This document shows positions 55,570-64,000 of a stretch of DNA of 64,000 bases, piece after piece (position 1 is the stretch's first letter; each line of letters starts with the position of its first letter). Below the pieces are notes generated by a model. That model was not told the DNA's origin, searched no databases, and worked only from the letters and a program-made list of their open reading frames with translations. A program made the position numbers and the translations under genes. The stretch covers positions 65,162,001 through 65,226,000 of the forward strand of contig NC_043007.1 in NCBI RefSeq assembly GCF_006345805.1. Direction: 5' to 3'. Source of the DNA: Octopus sinensis. Its lineage: Eukaryota.

Positions 55570-56450
55570 TGGTAACGAAAGAGCTATCTCACAAACCACT
55601 GGAAGTAGTTCTATGATCCATCCTGTTAGGCAAAATCGTTATAGTGCCCTAATGCTTTACCGTAACTGACACATTTCGCAGAAGGATTTTCTCATCTGTA
55701 ATTCTGTCTCAGACGTTAACTTTGAGGATCTTCTGTAGACATCGCTAGTAGATATTGTTAGTAGATATCATTAGTGGGATGTGTCTATATTCTTGACCAC
55801 CTTTACCGTTATTTTCCGTGTTTCCCTGCCAAACACATCCATTGGTAGGGCTATTACCCTATATAGCTGGCCATTCATATTATTACAGAAGCTTGTTACT
55901 ACCCATATTTAGTACTGTCGTTGGAATACATATCTTGTGTTGCTAGATTTACGCATCACTTTCTAAGCTCTACACACACTATATTTACTAATATTATAAT
56001 GATAAAACTCGCCAATAAAGACAAACACCAACATTGAAATTAATGGAATACGCTTCACAAACAAGAACAACTGAGGAATATTTTTTTGATAATCGAATTT
56101 TTCTACCGGTAAATACTTTACTGTCAAAGAAAGACCAAAATTACAGGGATTTCCAATTATAACGATGGACCAGTGTGCTACTAGCTTGATCACTTCTCAT
56201 CATAGGTCATGACTTGTGGTTAAAGTACAACCAGCCTGATAGCTTCTCTCACATATCACTCATGTCGATCAGTTGAGTCCGCGATACCCAAGTTTTATAC
56301 AGATACTGATGTAATTGTAGGATCCCCACACTTTACCACACATACACCTTTCTCTATTTGGAAATATCACGCACCTGCTGCAATTATTCGTTACTCAGTT
56401 TACTTTAATCTTTGGCTCCCCGCCATTTCTATGCTATTCTTCTCGTACCA
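55570..56450 (-). mobile_element. RTE-clade LINE RT C-terminal remnant
   Basis: LPVEKFDY (VEKFxYLGS) and RCLQKILKVNV*DRITDEKIL (RCLRRILxIxWxDRITNEEVL). Confidence 0.65.
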
Positions 56451-58499
56451 TCAAATATACGCTCCTTTCGTTCAGTCAGACATTAATAAATGTATGAAAG
56501 AGAGGTTTCACATCTGACGTTCAACATTATATTTTGATGTGTGGTGAGTTGGCAAAGTCGTTGGAGCAAGGGATACAATGGTGCCTAGTAGTATTCATTC
56601 TGGCTCTCTGTAGTCTGAGGTCAATAGACACCGAGGTTAAATTCACGTTTCAACTTTTGGAGTTGATAAAAAAACACTCAGCTTCTGGAGTCGACACCCC
56701 CCCCTCGCTCTCTGTATGGAAAAAATCCATCGTGGTTAGATATGGAGAAGTGGTCCACCAGATTCAGTTCAAAATGCAGATGACACGAACAAACTATATA
56801 TCTAGACGGTGTTCCTACGATTTCGTCATAATTCATATGGCTGAAAAAAAACTTTAATATCACAAATCGATCTAAGGTTTGGTATAAGTGTATTTCATTA
56901 TACTTGGCTGATGAATTGTAATATGACAGAAATACATCTGGAGTTACCACTGTACATAACAAAGATCAGATTGTTTTCTCATTGCAATTTAAATTTTAAA
57001 GTTCTTTCCCTTGCCATTTCGACTACAATTATAAATTAACTCCAAAGATTTTTTTTTTTTATTGCGGAATTAATTTCAACTGATTAAAAATTAAGTTTGG
57101 CTCTGTACTATGTTAGCTCACTGCTAACTGTATCTTCTTCGTGCAGAAGGCACTCATGTGAAAATTTCTAGCAGCATTACATTTACTGCTTTTATACAAC
57201 AAAGAAAATTATGTCCTCTTGGACTTCCTTCATCACAATCCCACTACCACATCTTATAAACACTTGTCAAACACGACATAATTTTCAGGAAGAAAACACC
57301 AAGAGATGGAAATTGACAAAAACCTAGCAACCTTCATAAAACAATGAGAATATGATTTGGCACCTGTCTTAACCAAATTCTTTAACATCTTTGTGTAAAG
57401 GTTACTGAGTGAGGATCTACGTGGTCACTATAAGCAGAATCGGCCAAACCATTAAATCAAACAGTGCGGTCTCTTAAACAGTGACATATTCGACTATGTA
57501 GCACAAGAAAAAATCCCTAACAATGTATGAATGCCTATGGATTGAATGATTTTAAGTATAGATTGGCTCAGTGAAGGTTGATCTGGAGCTAAGCGAAAAT
57601 AATTAAAATGGATTGTCTGAAGAGTGAATGAGAGGAATCGCGACGTTGTTGCCAAATCTCCTTCAAAATTGCATCCCCAATACAAAATGGTCACGGCTAG
57701 AATGATTTTTGATCAAAAATCTTTCCGCTCAAGATTGATCTAAAGCTAAACAATAAAAGCAATTTTTTTTGTCGATTCCTTTTTCATTCCTCGATGGTAG
57801 ACCGCTCCCACAAAAGAAAACTACGTGTTCCAGCTTTCTTTTGATCTCTTAAGAATCATTCTCATACTCAACATCTTTATGATCATTTACGACTTCGATC
57901 TTTAATTAACGTTTCTTAAATTAACATTTATTTAAATTCTTGATGAACAAAAAGTAAATGAAAAATTAAATAGATTGAAAAAATTCTCGATTCGACCAAA
58001 AGCAGCTGTGTTATGTAAAACAGATGTGCACAATACAACTGAATTTGTTCCTTAGTTGAGAAAAGCAAAATGTCCTAGCCGTCGGGAAAGCCACTGTGTG
58101 GTCGCTCGACTTACAAGACATAGCAGCTAGATCAGCTTCAAATTACACTGTCCTTTTAAATATGTAAAAGCCATGCTAGATAGTGTAGTCCTACATGACC
58201 CTGAAATGCCGGTTGGAGTGCATCTGACCATAACTCTACTCCACCAATGTTGATCTGAGGATTAAAAACAACTTCAATAACAAAACTGTGCGTTTCATTT
58301 AATTATTTAACCTTAAACGGTGGTCATTCTAGAAGCTTCCATGTTTTCTTCTCTTTATTAAGTATCAATGATGGACACATTGAAATTGAAATTTTCCTCC
58401 TTATATATTCTGCATACTTCTTTAAAGAGGCGAGGGAGCCCTTTGTCAGTAACCTTTTAATACCGTATACTGAAACACAAGACATATATAAATGGAAAT

Positions 58500-59330
58500 A
58501 TTTTGATATAATTTGATTGGAATTTATAAGCAGAATAAGGGAAAATATGATCTAAATGACAAAAAGCGTTTGGAAAATCACTTAGAAACAAGGAATTTAA
58601 TGAAGTAATTCTAATAATATATAATCTTTCTCATCAAAATGGCGTCCATTCATGACCAGTGCACATCATGACTAGCTGAAACATATGCAACTATATTGCG
58701 AAAGCCAACTAAAGGCAGAAACAGAAGCCTCGATTATTATTGCACAGGATCAATGTTGTGCTGCTACAACTCCTAAAAACTATGAACAAGAACAAAATCA
58801 AGGAACAAAAGAACATATAATTTTTGGCTGCCTAGTCCAAGAAGAAAAAAAAGCAGATTATGTATGTTCACAGGCATGACCGAGTTGGTAGTTATATCCA
58901 TTGGGCAATGTGCCAATACATCCAACTCATAACATGAAATATGTGTTATAATCATATACTAAAAAAGAAAACAAAAAATATAGCTTTCTGATAATATTAG
59001 AGCTACTACGTTCTTCGATATGTCTGTTGAAATAGATAATGAAATCAAGACAAATTTTCCTTGACATCATTACCAAGGACAAAAAGATAAATCTTTGTTG
59101 TCTTCATCGATAGCTTGATCCCTACCCACTAAAATACGGCTCGTAAGCAGATTGTGAAAGCTATATGAGAACATGACTGAAGTCAATACGTTATGCGTAA
59201 TTAAAAGGAAAAACACCAGATCCCTTTTTAAGAGAAAAATACATGGTACTTTGGGGTTAATGGGTAAATATGCTTAACCTGCATAAACAGATAGTTTTAA
59301 TATTTTGTGCTATACGGAGGCTGTATGATA
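58500..59330 (+). mobile_element. R4/Dong LINE 3' remnant, degenerate
   Basis: LKAETEASIIIAQDQ, EHIIFGC, RHDRVGSYIHWAMC, DIITKDKK. Confidence 0.8.
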
Positions 59331-61201
59331 GTCTCAGCTAAAAACATGGCCACGTGGTTAAGAGCCCCGCGTTGCAATGACATGGTTCTGAATTTGACCA
59401 GAATGTGTAACACTCTAGGCATGTGTCTTAGCATCATCTTGGATAGATTAAAGCATTGTCAATAAAAATGGGTAGATGAAAAATGCATGGAAACCTGTTG
59501 GATATGTTGTTCAAATGGATGATCTTTGTTAGTTGAAATTTTTAGCGGCGTGTCTTTAGCAGAGTTCGGCCTGTTACAGACGTTGGCACTTATTACTCCA
59601 GTCTGAGGATACTTTGATATATTGATGCGCTGCTTCCTGCTGCAAGTATTCTACGAGGCGTGGCTTCTGCCTCATTTTTCTCCCACAGTTTCTGTATCCT
59701 GGAAAGGTCATCATTCTTCCCTGATAAAGCCATTTCTAAAATGCGTGTCCCAACAGTAAGTATTAGGCCTTTGTATGTTATGTTTTCACTTGAGTCAATC
59801 TAAAAACTGACTAAAGTTAGAAGTAAGGCGGGTCAGCTTTATTCGCTATATCTTGCTGCTTTTAATTTCAGAATGAATGTCTCGCGCACAAAAAGTGATA
59901 TATTCACAAAATACAAAGCACTGCTCAGAATTTATCGATATTTATCAATGTTGTTTGAATGAAAGCGCCTGCACTTGAGTTAACTATCTTCAAAAGCCAA
60001 AAATGCAAGCCTGATTAAAAATCTATTTCTATATCCGTATGTTGTGCGTTTGCGTCTTGGGTGTGCGTGTTTGTGCGTATGTGTAATTTATTGAACTGAA
60101 TATTTATCCGGAGACTGGAGTTTCACATCACTGTGTGAGTTATATTGAACACACGAATTTAATCATTTTTATTACAGCACAAATAAAGAAATACGAAACT
60201 CTTTAAAATTTTGAAGAAAAAAAAAAATATATATGATCAAACATAGTCATGTTTTTAATATAATGCATATACATATATGCGCACTCCCAACAACGATTAT
60301 ATAGTCGCACATATGTATGTTCATATGTACGTATACATGAGAGCGTGTGAGTGTGTCTGCATATCAGCTGTCTGTACCCCTGCCTACAATGCATACAAGT
60401 GTATCTGTATTATTATCTAGCAGATCAATGAGCCACTGTTTCCAATTATGTTTCAAGCCGATGCATTCCGAAACATCAACACGCTCACATGTGTACACAT
60501 AAACAGACACGCACACACACACACATTCACACACACATATATACACACACTCACACACACATAACTCTTACAAACAAACATGCACACAGACATATAAACA
60601 CACATACACAGAATATAACAACTGCAAGGCAATAACTATTCATTTATACATCAACTTGACCTAATTTCCAAAAAGCAAAACTATATTCACGTGATGGTAT
60701 TACTAGGAACTGCTTCTTGGGGGAAGAGAGTGCTACTGAAGGGGAGATAATTGCTTCATGGTTTATTTTCCTTATGTTGCGGAATTATTATTAAATACGG
60801 AAGAGCATGCATATGTTTCCATATAAATCTTTTATTTTTGTTTATTTCCATGAGATGAGGTCTTTCAAATCTCTTATTGTCATGGAGAGCACTAATTCAT
60901 TCTCTTTCTGGATTCGTCAGTATGATATAACTCGGTCTTTTAAGTTAATTAAGCTAAATTGAATTAAAAACGATCTATTATTTTTTTCTTCTTCTGGCAG
61001 TGGAGAAAAGACTGGAAGAGAGATAGAGATAGAGGGAGAAAAAAAAACATCTTACATATTTTAAATGCTTTTAAGGCTACAATCCCTTCACGCGTGTCTG
61101 CATGCATGCATACATACATACATACATACATACATACATACATAATACATACATACATCATAATACATACATACATACATACATACAACACGACAAATAC
61201 A

Positions 61202-61232
<31 letters not shown>

Positions 61233-61708
61233 CATACATACATACAACATACATTACATACATACATACATACATACTATATACATACATACCATGTTAT
61301 GGCTGGGCTCTCAACTCCCGATGAAGTTGTAGGAGTGGCGTCGTAACACACGCCGTGTATTGAGCATATTGTGACCTGGAGGGGCCAATCTCTCGCCCGG
61401 TGCGACTACTTACTGTTGATTTCTTCCTCAAATAGACAAACAAAAAAGAGGAGTAATAGAGAGACAAAAAAAAAAAGAAGTAAAATGATCTGCCCTGGGT
61501 TTGTTACAGGTTTGTTATTTATCGACATCGAAAAGATGAAAGGCAAAATTTACCTCGGCCAAATTGAGTCAGAAACGTATACAAACGATACCAATTACCG
61601 CAAAGTAATTTATTACGCGCTTTAATGATTCTGAATATATATATATATATATATAATATATATAGATATATTATATATATATATAATATATATAATATAT
61701 ATATATAT

Positions 61709-61732
61709 GGATAGATAGATAGATAGATAGAG

Positions 61733-61763
<31 letters not shown>

Positions 61764-61817
61764 GATAGATAGTAGATAGATAGATAGATTGGAGGTAAGT
61801 AGGTAGGAGATAGATAA

Positions 61818-61867
<50 letters not shown>

Positions 61868-61873
61868 ATAGCT

Positions 61874-61912
<39 letters not shown>

Positions 61913-61954
61913 TGGAAGGTAAGTAGGTAGGGTAGATAGAGGGTTGATAGATAA

Positions 61955-62030
<76 letters not shown>

Positions 62031-62034
62031 GTAT

Positions 62035-62070
<36 letters not shown>

Positions 62071-62250
62071 ATAGTTACATACATAGACAGATAGATAGAT
62101 AGATACATACATACATATATACATTACATACATACATACATACATACACACAAATACATACAAGTGTATGTGTGTATGTATGTATGTATGTATGTATGTA
62201 CGTATGTATGTACGTATGTATGTATGTGTGTATGTATGTATGTATGTATG

Positions 62251-62280
<30 letters not shown>
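61709..62280. repeat. (TAGA)n, (TACA)n, (TATG)n microsatellite field
   Basis: Directly visible. Confidence 0.95.
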
Positions 62281-62281
<1 letters not shown>

Positions 62282-62877
62282 TGGCCTTTGTCATTTACTG
62301 GTAGTTTGGACCTGCACGTCGAACTTTGTTGTGGATTGCTAAAAGTTTCTCATATTTGCAAGTCCCTTCTTTCGACGCGACCAGTGTTGCTCAAGGGAAA
62401 GAAAAGGTCGATACAGCTTCGTGCCATTTTCTACAAACCATCATGTTCCCGCTGTAACACTATACACACATACACACACACACACATACACATGCACACA
62501 GACGAACACATACACACACACACACACACTCACACACAAACATAGACGTACAAACACAGTGAGAAATATCGGCTGCGAATGTAACAATACATACACGCTT
62601 CAAAATATTCACTCGCTTGTTTATTCATTTGTTCTATCATTCACGTTCATTCATTCAGACAGTCTGTCCGTCACTCGGTCGTTCGTATATTGTGTCCTAT
62701 CGCGATATCGTTGACTTCTATACGTTTGTTAATAGTTATATCCATTTATTTTTCCAGTATTTTCTTCAATTATTATCAGTTCATTCATAGTTGGTCGTCG
62801 TCCGTTCACCCGTTACTCCTACGTATCTCTTCTTTCGTTGACACTATTACATATCTATGCTTCTAACACGGAACCAT

Positions 62878-62986
62878 ACGTCACGTCATGCCTCGTCACG
62901 TCACAACACGATACGTCACGTCATATAAGTTCAGATCACATTCACAGATTTTTACTTTCTATAATAAAGTACGACCGTTGACGTCA
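62878..62986. promoter_or_regulatory. Cluster of CRE/ATF motifs
   Basis: Three CGTCACGTCA doublets (62878-62923) and a full TGACGTCA (62979-62986). Confidence 0.3.
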
Positions 62987-63188
62987 TCCTCCTACCCGGC
63001 CTAACTATGAATTTCCGTTTGTATATGTTTGTGTGAATGTGCCTCTGCGTGTGTGTGCGCGCACGTGTGTATGTGGTGGGGTTGAGCACATATATGTACA
63101 TAAATATCTTTACTAATATCTATACATATTTCCATAAACATGTATATATGAATGTATATATATGTGTATATGTATGATATATATATAT

Positions 63189-63241
<53 letters not shown>

Positions 63242-63529
63242 TATAGAGATACACATACATATATATACATATATTATATATATATATAATATATATATAT
63301 ATATTATATTATATATAGATATGGACATATATATGTAAATATAAATTTTATATATATATATGTACATATATAATAAAAATAAATATATACATATGCCCTC
63401 ACACATAAACACACACGCTCAGACATATACAATTATGCCCACGCACATTGATATATTATATAGATATATATATTATATATATCCATATAATATATATATA
63501 CTACATACATACATACATACATACATACA

Positions 63530-63564
<35 letters not shown>

Positions 63565-63809
63565 GTTATGAATTCTTGATCATCTGAAAGACCTTCTCCT
63601 TGAATTAGCATTGCGAAGTGGCCGAATATTCCAGACACATGTAACGTAAATTCTCAGGACCAATGTAGGCGTTAATGAACAGTCTGGACATTATTATCAA
63701 ATTGATACGGTCCATCTGACAAAAAATCTGCAGTATTGCCGTCTATCCAATTTTATCCACAATAGTTGGCTCCCCGCACAACTCTGGCTCTCAGGCACCC
63801 ACCGCTTTC

Positions 63810-63854
<45 letters not shown>

Positions 63855-63884
63855 CACACACACACACACACACACACTTGTTGA

Positions 63885-63920
63885 CAGTGATTTTATAGAT
63901 TCGGGGACGGTGACGTGAGC
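63885..63920 (-). promoter_or_regulatory. Possible TATA core promoter with adjacent TGACGTGA motif
   Basis: Minus CTATAAAA at 63898-63891; TGACGTGA at 63911-63918; locally CpG-rich. Confidence 0.25.
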
Positions 63921-64000
63921 AAACGGTTGAACAAAACCAACGCCCTGCGAAACTCCGAACCCACTGTCAATGAAATTATCAAAGCATCTCATTCTGAGTT

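Overview
Eukaryotic, AT-rich, microsatellite-saturated genomic DNA. The SINE families and repeat landscape resemble what I recall from octopus/coleoid cephalopod genomes (inference, not verified). No prokaryotic features, rRNA, true tRNA genes or CRISPR arrays. Almost all ORFs in the supplied track are microsatellite translations. The window contains decayed retroelements (R4/Dong-type RLE LINEs, RTE, L1/Tx1-like, two Penelope-like elements with GIY-YIG endonuclease), three tRNA-derived SINE families, a mariner transposase pseudogene, a pogo/Tigger-like MITE and non-autonomous Helitrons. It also holds three candidate minus-strand exons of an unrecognised gene (42992-42930, 33863-33705, 21326-~21028). 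Most notable: (1) several hammerhead-ribozyme-like cores in short cassettes embedded in (TA)n; (2) a young 556-bp non-coding element inserted in (TAA)n, found as head-to-tail dimers, with an internal CCAAT-TATA-Inr module, whose two dimers form a long inverted repeat around a candidate exon; (3) a Penelope-like element split by one of those dimers at its Asn-rich linker; (4) a highly structured 550-bp RTE-type non-autonomous element in (TATG)n.
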